From assembly GCA_964270895.1 (NCBI GenBank), contig OZ185445.1: DNA of 64,000 nucleotides, one strand, 5' to 3'. Shown here in pieces: positions 1 through 12,500 of this stretch (position 1 is the stretch's first letter; each line of letters begins with the position of its first letter). The notes under the pieces are model-generated. The model did not search any database, was not told the DNA's origin, and was given only the letters and a program-made list of their open reading frames with translations. This stretch comes from Podarcis filfolensis. Taxonomy: Eukaryota. Both the position numbers and the translations under genes were made by a program.

Positions 1-310
1 GCAACTGCAATTCCTTTATGAACCTCCTCAAAAGTCAAAGCCATTCGCTGAGTCTTCTGCCTTTCAAGGTTAAGTGGGCCCCACGCCCCCAATACAGTGC
101 CCCATTTATCAAATGCTCACCAAGGAATGCTTGCCTGGTGTAATTTTTTATCTGCATTGGGTGAAGACCTCTTTGTCAAGGTCTTTTAGCCTCCTCCCTT
201 TGCTCTGCTGTTTTAGTAACATTTCCCGCTTTTTCTATTCTTGAGTGTTTTAATTGAAAGCCATGCTGAAGCTTGTGAAGTTGAAGGAGTGGAGTATTTT
301 AAATAAAAAA
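1..310 (+). mobile_element. Degenerate L2-like LINE 3' fragment
   Basis: Resembles L2 3' region and ends in a taaataaa-type tail; judged by eye only. Confidence 0.35.
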
Positions 311-846
311 TTAAAATGTGTATTGCATAACGCTTCCATGACACTATTAAACAGGACTGCACTGTGGAACCTAAGAAATGGAAGCAAAAGAGCTATCCAG
401 CTCAGAATATATCAACGGTATAGCATTGTAAAAGTCCATAGGTGGAAGGCTTGAAAAAAGACACTCTAATGAGCAGTTTTCAGAAGTCAGTATGTTGATC
501 TGTTCCATGCATTCTGACAGCGGAGACGAGGGTGCATGTATCAGAGAAAGTGAGAGACAGACAGACAGATAGACATGGTGTTTTTGCTCCCTTTCTGAAC
601 ATACTACTATATAAAACATGGTTTTCTCCTGAAGACAGGAAGAGGGACTGTTGTCTCTCAGGCAAATGGTTATTTGCATTCTTGTGTCGCTAAAAGTTGT
701 AGGTCAGATAGTATTTATGCATAGTCAACAATCTTATGCAGGGCTGGATGTGATAAATTTGTGCTAAAAGTGCATATATTTGCAATGACTTCATATCTGT
801 GTTGTGTGCAAATACTTCTTCACAAGCTGTTTTGTATTTTTAACAG

Positions 847-949
847 GGTCTCTCCAAAGACACTTTTAACATTTTGCACTAATGGTGTATTACTTCGTAC
901 ATTAATGGCAGGAGATAGTGCACTGTCAACTGTAACTCATGTCATTGTG
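847..949 (+). CDS. YTHDC2: YTHDC2 exon, RecA1 (VSPKTLLTFCTNGVLLRTLMAGDSALSTVTHVIV)
   Basis: aacag acceptor, gtaagg donor, 103 nt. Confidence 0.95.
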
Positions 950-1219
950 GTAAGGTTGACTAATTATTTCTCATGAAAATAATTATGCCAAATTTTTTTA
1001 GTTGTGAAACTTGACTTAAAAGTTCTTCTTGTTAGTTCTTTAATAAACTTTGAGCCACTTGCTGTCAGATGTGTTTATTCAGATAACCAAGAGGCTACAA
1101 ATAGCTTATGGTAGGCACATAAAGCCTGATAACTACAATTCTGAACTTGAGTTGTGTCTACCTTAGTCAACAGAATACTAAAGCCTTAAATGGCTCAGGA
1201 TGTGGTATAAAAATTTAAC

Positions 1220-1258
<39 letters not shown>

Positions 1259-3466
1259 GTAATATAAAATAAAACAGGCCCGGTTTTTGTTCAGTAAAGT
1301 TGTCTTTAGTGGACAGTGAATGGCTGATTAAAAACTAAAGGAGAGCTTAACTGTCATGTCTGCTATGGTGTAAACTTGTCACCAGCAGAGAACTGTGGAA
1401 TGATGAGTGCACAAACGAACTATAAGAGTACACAGGTGTTAACATGTATCCCACAACATCAGATGTGCTGCTAGACTTATGACATGCTGAAACCTTGTGC
1501 TCAGTGAAGCAAAGAACATGCTCACAAGAGAAAGGATGAGGGGGATAAGAGAATAGCGTGGCATGTCTGCAAGAATGGCTGAGTAGGAGTTGGGGAGAAC
1601 ATGATACCTAACCCGCTGAATAAATTTAACCTAGTAAAATGTTAGTCAAATAAGCTTACTTTAGCACTTTTGCTAACATGAGAAAGATTACTGCTTCTGG
1701 ATGAATGCTGTGTTAATTCTATATAGATCACGATAAATGCCTAGCAGGTGTATTAGTAAAAATATAAAACTATTGTCAACAAATGACAAAATTTGCAATG
1801 CAGAAGTTACGTAGTATACTGTGGCAAACTTCTTAAGCTCTGTTCTAAAGAGGGCTCTCTTGTTTATTTTGCAGGATGAAGTCCATGAGAGAGATCGGTT
1901 CAGCGACTTCTTGTTAACGAAGTTAAGAGATACACTACAAAAACACTCATCGTTGAAGCTCATACTTTCTAGTGCTGCCCTGGATGTGAACCTCTTTCTC
2001 AGATATTTTGCAGGCTGTCCAGTGATATATAGTAAGTTCAAATGCTAGTAGGAATCAGTCTACAAAATTGAGTTGAATGCATTTTCCTTAGCTTGGTGTA
2101 GTACATGTCAAACCTTGGAATCAAATCAATGTATTATTATTTTTGTTAGTATTACTACTGCTACTGCTGCCTTTCACATACATGTCTCAAGGCAATGTGC
2201 AAAATGCTACAAAAACAGGTAAAAGTCACACAGAAATTGAGAGCAGATATATTTTAAAACAATACAAAATAGACATCCATGGCAGAGACCTATTCATCTG
2301 GCTGAGAAAGCTTGTAACAATTAGTATACAATTTCCTTAATCCAATATGCAAATATTAAAGCTGCATTTCTATAAGTCTTGAACTGCTTTTTTTGGTACA
2401 TATTTACTATTTTTACATGGCATATGTATATCTATATACAGTCGTACCTCCGCTTACGTATCCCCCTGGTTACTTAAACTTCGGGATACATAAGCGGCAA
2501 ACCTGGAAGTATATTTCTGGGTTTTTGCTGCGCGTGAATGCGCAGAAGCATTGTACTGCTGGCCGTGCACAGAAGCAGTCCCTCTGGTTGTGGAAACCTC
2601 AGGATCCGACCAGAGCTCTGGAACGGATCCTGTCCACAACCGGAGGTACCATTGTATAGAGAGAAAGAGATTTAGCAGTTTGAAACCTGTAAGCTACAGG
2701 TTTAAGTATGATATTGATGATTTAGCATAAACTTGATTATTTATATTCATGTCTTCAGTACCAGGAAGACCATTTGAAGTAAAAGAGATGTTCCTTGAAG
2801 ACCTACTAAGAAGCACAGGCTACACAAATAAAGAGATGATCAAATACAAAAAGGAAAAACAGCGAGGTTGGTATCTATATATGCAGGTATTAAAAGGGAG
2901 ATGTATCTAGAGATAAGCAAACATTGCAAACATCCCCCCCCAAATATATTGTGAAACACTAGTAAGTAAATATACATTTTCATCTTTACTCCTTTTCTTT
3001 GTGTAAAACATTTAAAAATGTTCTGCAGAGGAAAAACAACAGACAACTCTGACTGAATGGTATTCTGCACAAGACAACAGCAAGCCAGAATTGCAGCGCC
3101 AGAGAGCAATACCAAATGTGGCTGAAGAATATGATCTGTTGGATGATGGTGGTGACACAGTGTTCAGTCAGCTGGTATGAATTCGTTTAAGGATTCTAAT
3201 ATTTCATGTTGATAGGAATTGTTATGAAACCAGAATGGTATGATCTAGGTTCAAATTTCCACCAACATTCATTTGCGTATGAAGCTCATAGTCAGCATGG
3301 TCTCCTCTGCATACACAACAGATGTGCATTCATAGAGGTCCCCCTGACTTGTCCTACTCTCCAGGATTTCTGTAAAGTCAGGCTTCTGCTTCACCTTTCC
3401 AAGTGACTACTGTTTTCATACAGTATATGTTAGTGATTATGCCTATTTTTGTATTTGTGCATGGTG

Positions 3467-3510
<44 letters not shown>

Positions 3511-6500
3511 ACACCTATATGTAATTCTGTGTTATTTTTAATTGGGGGAGTAGCATGAGTTCGGGATGCCTTGCCTTCTGCAGAGGACTTTCTTTCACTT
3601 TGGCACAGTAAAAGCTACTTTTAAACTTGAGAGGGAGGGGCTGCCATTAAGAACAGAAAGTTGACAGCAAAAAGCTCCACTATGTATATAGATCTAGGTC
3701 CTTGACCTCCCTTTAACTTAAGAGTGTTACTTCCCATATTGTATATTATTCATGACAATCAACCTGGAAGAAAGCCTTTCTGTAAAGTCAAAGAAAGGCC
3801 AATGAAGCATGCACCTAGCATGCAAGTTTTGAAACACTGAAGCCTCTTATTCTGTCAGTTTCAGGGTGAGGAAATAGCAAATGGAGATCGTCTGTTGCTC
3901 TTAGAAAGCATTCAGATAAAAAGGTAATGTTGTTTGCTTATTTTCAGGCTGAAAAAGATGTCAACTGTCTTGAACCTTGGTTAATTAAAGAAATGGATGC
4001 TTGTCTCTCTGATATTTGGCTACACAAAGACATTGATGCCTTTGCACAGGTGTTCCACCTTATTTTAACTGAAAATGTCAGTGGTAAGTTTGCATTCTTA
4101 ACTTTCCCTTGCTGAACTGTGCACCTAAGCCATAAATACCTTATTTGCCCTAAAAATAATAATCCAGTCCATACCTTTAAAGAATAATATGTGTTTTCTG
4201 TTAGGCGTTTTCTGGAACTCTTTAAAATTATTTTTGAATAAGTGGACTGGGACTAATGAGCAGCAGGGGGCGGGGGGGGCGGGGAGAATGGCAAATTTCA
4301 TTTCAAAAATGGAAGGTCGTCGTGCAAGTGGAATGCCACAGTTGGTGTTTCTGCAATATTTGTATTTTCCCAAAGCATAGGAAGCTGCCCTAAACTGAAT
4401 CAGATCATTGGTTCATCTAGCTCAGTTTGTCCACACTGACTGTCAGTGATCGAACCCGCGACCTTCTGCTTCCAAAACAGATACTGTACCACTGAGCAAT
4501 TCCTTTTACTTAAACATGCAGCTTAATCTTCTGTATATTTCCTCTGGAGCAAGTTCCAGGTAAATGTACATAGGTTTAAACCCAAAGTAATAAGAATCCA
4601 TGCAAGCTACTCTTTAAAGTTGTGGACCCTGGGTTAGTTGAAATCAATGGAGTGCATTTGCCATAATTTAAATGGATTTCCCATTGATTTCAGTGGGAAC
4701 TAAGTGCAGCTAAGTTGGTATGGATCCAACCCAGAATGTTCTGAAAAGATTTTGCCAAAATAGTTTGGAGAGTTGAGCATTTGTTAAACACTAACTGTCC
4801 CCTTCTCCTTGTCCTAGTTGACTACAGGCACAGCGAGACAAGCGCAACGACTTTAATGGTAGCTTCTGGAAGAGGTTTCTTGAGTCAAGTAGAACAGCTG
4901 ATTGGTATGGGAGCAAACATTCACATCAAATCATCTAATGGCTGGTAAAACAATCTCATTGCAACTTTCCCCCATTCATTTCTTTGTGTATGTGCGTGTG
5001 TATGTAGAGAGAAATTGTGGATTATTGGAAATGTTGGGGGTAAGTTATAAGCAGTTTTTTAAACAAGAAGATTATTTTGGTAGTTCCCACACTATCTACT
5101 CTACATTGCTGGTGCTATACTCTTTATTGCCTGAGATCTGGCAGACCTAATTGTCAGAGATCCAGTCTGTTGTAATAGATTTTAGTGTTTGCTTAACTAT
5201 TTGTGTGATTATGCTGAAGTAGATAGAATAAATTTCAACAATTTATAGCTAATGCAGTGGGAAGTGGGAGATTATAGAATTGTCCTTCTCTTGCCCTACA
5301 AGACAAGACCATCACAGTCTGTTGCATTACTAAAGCAACTAGCTCCTGTCTACTAGTCTGCGACTTCCCCACCCCTGAAGAGCAAAACCTCAACAAACTC
5401 AACTCTAAAACGAGTGGGATGCTTTTACTGTTTACTGCTGCCTTCCCACAGGGGTAATCTGTGGGGGCCCAGGTGCCAGTAGTGGACATACCGGGTGGCA
5501 TCAGTGAGTGGGGCCAGAGCAGACAGTGGGCAGAACATCCCTTTTTCCTCTCCTTTTACTTCCCTACTTTCTCTTTCTGCCTGCTCCTCCATTTCCCCCC
5601 TCCTTGCCACTTGCCTGGAAGTAGGCCGAGGGTTTGCCTGAGAGCTGCAGATTTGCTCACCCTTGATGTAATGTGCAACATGATTTTTGTCCAAAAGTTT
5701 AAAAGTCTCCCATATGAAGGTTTTTATTTTATTTCTACAATTCATTTGGTTGGGTTTGGTAGTTTATAGTGCTATGAGTTCAACTAACAAATACAAGTTG
5801 TTTAGAATCTTGTTACTCTAAGTTTGTATTAGTTCTGCTTTTTCCGATTAGTGGAACCCTATTCAGACATGCTTCTAATGAGGGTGGAGGACTGAGTATG
5901 TACCTACTTCTCCCACCCCCACCATGCCCTCAGTATCCACATGGTAGATGTCATGTTAAAACAGGGCTCATGCACACAGGCTAGATGTGCATGATGATTA
6001 CCGCCCTGTCTTTGAGAAGCAGTGCATGAATTTGGCCTATGCTCTCTGACCCCTAATTTAAGTTCTGTTTTGGTCTTTGTTCAAATTTAATTTGACACTC
6101 TGCTGTAAGCAGAAATTGTTTGCAAGAATCTCCTTCTCTCCGCTTCAAGGAGAATTGGGGAGAAATTATGTGCAATGTAGACATAGCTGAAGTTCAGAAT
6201 CGGGTATGTTTCTCTGCACAGTAAATTGAGGTGGAAGAATCTTCTGATGACTTCAATAAATAATAGTCATTTAGCACTTTTCCTATTAGCTGGAAGCACT
6301 TCCCAAACATTATCTTAGTAAATCTATATAATCAAAAAAGTCTTAATTATATCTCCACATATCAATTAGAGCTCCTTGGTTTTTAACATAAATAGAGCTT
6401 TTGATCAAATCCTGCCCTCTTGGCTCTACTTTAATTTTTGACTTTTTTTTTAGTACTGGAAAAAAATGTATTAAAGTCCTAGGCAAAGGTTTTTTGTAAG

Positions 6501-9500
6501 TATCCAGTGGGATTCTTGCCTCTAGTCATATGCAGGCAAATAAAATAAGATTAAAAATGCCATCCTACATGTAATTAACAATGATTGAAAATGTTCTTTG
6601 TTCATAGGTTACATTTTTATACTTAAGCAAAATACTTGTTTTTCCCCCATAATTATTACAGGACAGCTTTAGACTGGGCTAAGCACTTCGGACAGACAGA
6701 AGTGGTTGATCTGTTGGAGTCCTACTGGTAATGTGTTTATTAACTCTGGAATCATAAAATCATAGAACTGTAAAGTTGGAAGTAACCACAAGAGTCATCT
6801 AGTTCAATCCCCTGCAATGCAGGAATCTTTTGCCCAGCGTGGGGCTTGAACCCACATTGTTGAGATTAAGAGTCCCATGCGCTACTGACTAAGCTATCCC
6901 ATTGTGCTTGAGTACATGGCAGAAAACTGCCTGTACTTTCTAAACTGGATCTGGCCAGCTGATTTAAAGGCCCTTGGGTTCGTGGGAAGACCCCTTTGTG
7001 GTTTTCAGATAATAGTGGAAGTAGGTCAAGGAACCAACAGCTTCAGGAATGATATTTTTAAAAATCTGCTTCCATGTTCTGCAAGTATTGCCAATTTCTT
7101 GACATGTGTATTTTTTGGTGCTTGTATTTTAGTGCCTCACTAGAATCGGGTAATCTCGATGAAAGTTCTTTGGTCCATGCAAATGCTAGTGAACTCAGTG
7201 CAGAAGACAGAGAACTCCTAAAGGCTTATCATCACAGCTTTGATGATGAAAAAGTGGATCTTGACCTGATCATGCACCTGCTATACAACATCTGTCACAG
7301 CTGTGATGCAGGTAAATGCAGATGTGCTTATTTTCATTTTAAGCATCTTTTACATGCGCATCCTTTAGTCTGTGCTCTGGCACCTAGACTACTATGCACA
7401 TAAAACATATGTTGGAAGCCAAAGGCTGTCATATTTCACATGTGAGCTTGTTAGAAGTAGAGTACTGCAATAAATTGACTTTTTTTGTCTGATCAGCAAG
7501 ACTGCTCTTATCTTACAAATGCATTTGACTGTGATTATGCCCCACTCCTCTTTTCCTATGGATGGTTCTTATAAACAGGGCCCCGATGTATATGAATGGA
7601 GATGGGCAGGTTTTGCTTCACACTAACATATGCTACATAGTGGGCACAAGCCTCAAACTTGCTCTTTGTGCCCCCCGACCATATGTAGCCCATCCCTGTC
7701 TAGGCTTAGAAACATAGAATTGTAGAATTGGAAAGGGCAATGAGAATCATCTAGTCCAACCCCATGCAATGTGGGAATCTTTTGCCCAGTGTGGGACTCA
7801 AACCCATGACCCCATGGGTCTCCTGCTCTCATAATGAGCTCATAATGAAAGAACAGATGCTAAGCATAGCTTTCTCTTATTCTATTTCCTTTCACTTTGG
7901 AACTTTGTCTTAAAGGAGCGGTTTTAATTTTCCTTCCTGGATATGATGAGATTGTTGGCTTGAGGGACCGCATCCTGTTTGATGACAAGAGGTTTGCTGA
8001 TAATGCTCACAGGTAAAAAAAAATATGTAACTCTTATTTTGGTATATCGGTTTTACTCTTAGAAGACTGCATTTCATTCAATTCATACTTGTTTGCTATT
8101 AGGTTCCAAGTTTTTATGCTGCATTCAAATATGCAGACATCGGATCAGAAGAAGGTTCTAAAGACTTCTCCCCCAGGCATCCGCAAAATAGCAAGTATCA
8201 AATTACTTTTTAACTGTTTCTATCAATCCACATTCTTTTCATATCAACTGTTATTACAGCATAATGTGTTGTTTCAGATTCTTTCTACAAATATTGCCGA
8301 AACCAGCATCACAGTTAATGATGTTGTCTTTGTGATTGACTCTGGAAAAATGAAGGAGGTATGCCATTTGCCTGTTTATCTGTTTTTTTAAAGATACTGC
8401 TTGATATAATACAGTCATACCTCATGTTTTTGTGCTTCATGTTACGTTCTTTCAGGTTATGTCCCGCGGCGACCTGGAAGTACCGGAAAGGGTTACTTCT
8501 GGGTTTCACCGCTTGCACATGCGCAGAAGCGCAAAATGACATCATGCTCAGAAGCGGCGAATCGCAACCTGCACGTGCCCGTTTCACCGCTGCGGGTTGC
8601 ACTCTTTTCATGTTGCGAACGGTCCTCCAGAATGGATCCCTGTAGTCTCTAAGTGGTTTATATAAAATGAAGTTTAGCAGTTGCTAAAAATGAGGTGAAA
8701 ATAAAGCACAACTGTATATTGCCAAAAACCCCTCAAATTTATCTTAGACTCACGTTTAATTTTAGTTTACCATAAACTAAAAGTGTGCTGTATTGTAAAC
8801 AAAACATTCAAAGAAGGATTTTAGTACAGTGGCACCTCAGGTTAAGTACTTAATTCGTTCCGGAGGTCCGTTCTTAACCTGAAACTGTTCTTAACCTGAA
8901 GCACCACTTTAGCTAATGGGGCCCGCTGCTGCCGCCACGCCGCCAGAAAACGATTTCTGTTCTCATCCTGAAGCAAAGTTCTTAACCCGAGGTAATATTT
9001 CTGGGTTAGCGGAGTCTGTAACCTGAAGCATCTGTAACCTGAAGCGTATGTAACCCGAGGTACCACTGTACAATGTGTAAAATATTGTTACATGCCACCC
9101 CAATCTCCAACAAGTGTGAGATTCCAGGGGTCTTGGCTTTCACCCAGGGTTCATGTTTTTCTCAGAAATAAGGCACAGTGGAGACTGCAGTGTCTTTATG
9201 ACTGATGTTTTTTTACATACATATATATGCAACCTGAGTCTGTAGTGGATGGATTTCCAGCATTCAGATTTCAAGAGGATGTTCTGCTGCTGGAAGGGTG
9301 GGACTTGATTTTTGCCAGTTCCCCAGCAGCTCTCTGTGCCCCTAAAATGCTGCTTTGGGGATGGAAACATGGAAAGTGGAATCGGGGAAATTCACCTCCT
9401 CCCTTCTCTCCAGCAGGAGCCTCAAATGAATCTTAGTGCCTTCTGTAAATGGAAAGAGAACTTCTGTTCTTGGAAGGGCAAGCCTGGATCCAGGCCAATG

Positions 9501-12500
9501 TATGCCAAAATCACCTCTCAAAACTATTGTTAATTTAGATTATTTTATCATTCAAGTGTTCATTTCAGCTTGCTGTTCTAAATCTACATTCTGATAAAAA
9601 TGTTTTCTTGAAATTTTAGAAGTCCTTTGATGCATTGAACTGTGTGACCATGCTGAAGATGGTATGGATTTCTAAAGCTAGTGCCGTTCAGAGAAAGGGC
9701 AGGTAATGCAAATATCATGAATATTTTCTTCCAAGAACAGATTACAGACAGAATATTCTTACTTTTTCAAGAAGAAAAAAAATATTTCTTAGAATTACTG
9801 GTATAAGATTACTTGAAACAGGTTAATTTTGATTTTTAAAAAAGCTTAAATGTTATTACTTTTATTTTTATTTTTCAACAAAATCTTTCTTAGACTATTT
9901 CTGGAAAGAATATCTTTTTGGAGACATCTGGTTGTGCTTTTCACACTATTCACTTTGGATCACACACCAACCCTGTGTTTAAAATTTATATTGTAGTATT
10001 CTTAAGAAGCGCATGTTACATTTCCAATTAATTTGAGCCCTTCAGGCAAAAGTTATAATGAATGACACTTCTGAAAGAGCTTATTTATGAAATGCAATTT
10101 CTACTTTCAACCTCTCTTTTTCCTGCTTTGATTTTTAAAATTCTACTCTTCTATGTATTGACTTACCTTAAATAATACTTACTGTTTCTAAGGGCAGGAC
10201 GTTGTCGACCTGGAATTTGTTTCCGACTTTTTAGTAGACTCAGATTTCAAAATATGCTGGAATTTCAGACCCCAGAACTACTAAGAATGCCACTACAGGT
10301 TAGTGATTTTTCTTGTTTTGTTAAGCCCAAAGAGGTCTTTATAACACAGTGGTTCCATACAGCCTTCAAGCCAAACCATGACTTGTGCTAACCATAGTTT
10401 AGACTCCAAACCATGGTTTAGAATTGTTTGTTTCCTTTTATTTTCTGTCCTCCCACCAGTTTACTTGGAGCTGCAGCCTCTGGATACTGAGAAAAGGTTC
10501 AGGCTTCATGATATTGGAAACTATTGACCTTTGCTTCCCAGCTGGTTGGGAAGAATATGCAAGAATTCTTCTTTATTCATGTGATGCTAAGCTATGCTTT
10601 AGCACGATGTGTGAACATGACCAGCATGTGGAAGCTTGCTGTTTGAAGCACTTACCATAGGACACCTCAATTTCAAAAGAATCTAAAATAACCCATTGTA
10701 TTTCTATATAATACTTGTGGAAGTCTGATCAGTATTAAGAGGTGTCCTGCACCTCTGCTTCACATCATACCAAAAAGCAGTCTTGCACAATGTTGCAGTG
10801 TTGTGTCCGGTGGTAGTCACTGATGATGGTGTTCCTGGTTTTGTTTGCCTATTTGCATTCCTTTGCAGGAACAACATTGTATGAGTTAGCACAGAATGTC
10901 TGTAGAATGTCACAAGCAAACATTTTTCTTTAGCTGCTTTTTATATATCAAGGCTTAAGTTGAAACGAGCAATTGATTGCACCTTAAGGTGCAATCATAG
11001 GCAGGATTCCTTGATCCCACTGAAGGTGGTGGTACTTGCTTTTCAGTAGAGCAATCATATAGGCTTAAGATAAAAATCTGCTTTTCCTGCAGACTTGCTA
11101 TACTGAAAGTGTGAATATTCTTGGTTTCTTTATTTTTGTTACTGCTTTACCACATGTTTTGGATCGGGTGATTAAAGCTGAATATTCGATTTTGTGTATT
11201 TTCAAATGTCAGACTGGCATAAGAGTTTGTTAAGTACTAGGGAGCAATCAGTTTTTCTCCTATGCATTTACTGAGCTAATACTGGGGGGAAAAAATAAGT
11301 AACTAATTAATCCTGTAAACATATACCCACTTTACTTATAGAAATCCCATTAGAATCCATGGCATTTCTGAACAGACAAGTATAGAGTTGCACTACAAGC
11401 ACATTGTTTAATATATCTATGCTTAATCAAGTATTCTGTGTATATGTTTTAATCTACGTTTGGTTCTTGCTCCCAATTAATTTAATAATTATCTGCTTAG
11501 AGATACTGTTATGCTTTTTATTTAGATGTTTTTCTTATGCTGGTCTGTGACCATAATAAAGTAAATTCATTCAATGTAAGGACATTATATTGTGTATTCT
11601 GGTTTTTCTGAAACATGTCTTAATTTCTAGGAGCTTTGTTTGCATACAAAATTGCTAGCTCCCATCAACTGTCCAATTGCTGACTTCTTGATGAAAGCTC
11701 CAGAACCACCTCCTGCTTTAATCATAAGAAATGCTGTACAGATGCTTAAGGTGAGTAAAATAAATAAAGCTACTCTTGTCCCTGTATTTTTATTTATAAT
11801 GATTCCTAAAACACTAAATTTTTGCATAACTACTGAAATTACTAGCTCTGAAAAAATTCTGTAAGCACCTTTCCCAATTTCATCAGTGCCCTACTTAATA
11901 CTTCTCCTCTGAAGTTTGCCCTGGAAATATCTGATCAAAAGTGGCTTTACACGAGTCTGTGTTTGAATTGTTTGTATGAAACAATTCACTTGCATTTTCA
12001 GATGAAGCCACGACAAGAGAAATAGTTGCTAAGCTAATTGAAATTTGGAGTCTAGTCGTTACCTGCTTTTGAAGTGTGCATTTCTTTGTACGCTGATTTT
12101 GTTTGCTCTTTTAAAAAATAGACAATAGATGCCATGGATACCTGGGAGGATCTGACAGAACTTGGCTATCATCTGGCTGACTTACCAGTAGAACCTCATC
12201 TTGGCAAAATGGTGCTGTGCGCCGTTGTTCTGAAGTGCCTGGATCCTATTCTGACAATAGCATGTACCCTTGCATACCGCGACCCATTTGTGTTACCTAC
12301 ACAGGCCTCTCAAAAGCGTGCAGCCATGCTGTGTAGAAAAAGATTTACTGCAGGAACATTTAGTGACCATATGGCTCTTCTCCGGGCTTTCCAGGTATTG
12401 CGAGTCTACAAAAAAACCCCAAAACACTTATGATCTTTGTGAAATGTATCAGAAAGCAAGGAAGCGCTTAAGCTAGATTAACACATCTTGAAATGCTACC

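Noticed and set aside
4266-4284. G5-C-G8-C-G4 tract as a functional G-quadruplex
   Set aside because: Looks like a simple G-run, one of several in the window (e.g. 53895-53911); homopolymer length is error-prone and nothing supports function.
6833-6900. Apparent tRNA-Lys(CUU) genes here and at 41753-41820
   Set aside because: Stems are disrupted, the 5' acceptor bases are missing and each runs straight into a CR1-type tail, so these are SINE heads.
8860-9060. Repeated TTAACCTGAAG units suggesting a CRISPR-like array
   Set aside because: Eukaryotic context, irregular spacing, and identical arrangement in six TA-flanked copies show they are MITE subterminal repeats.
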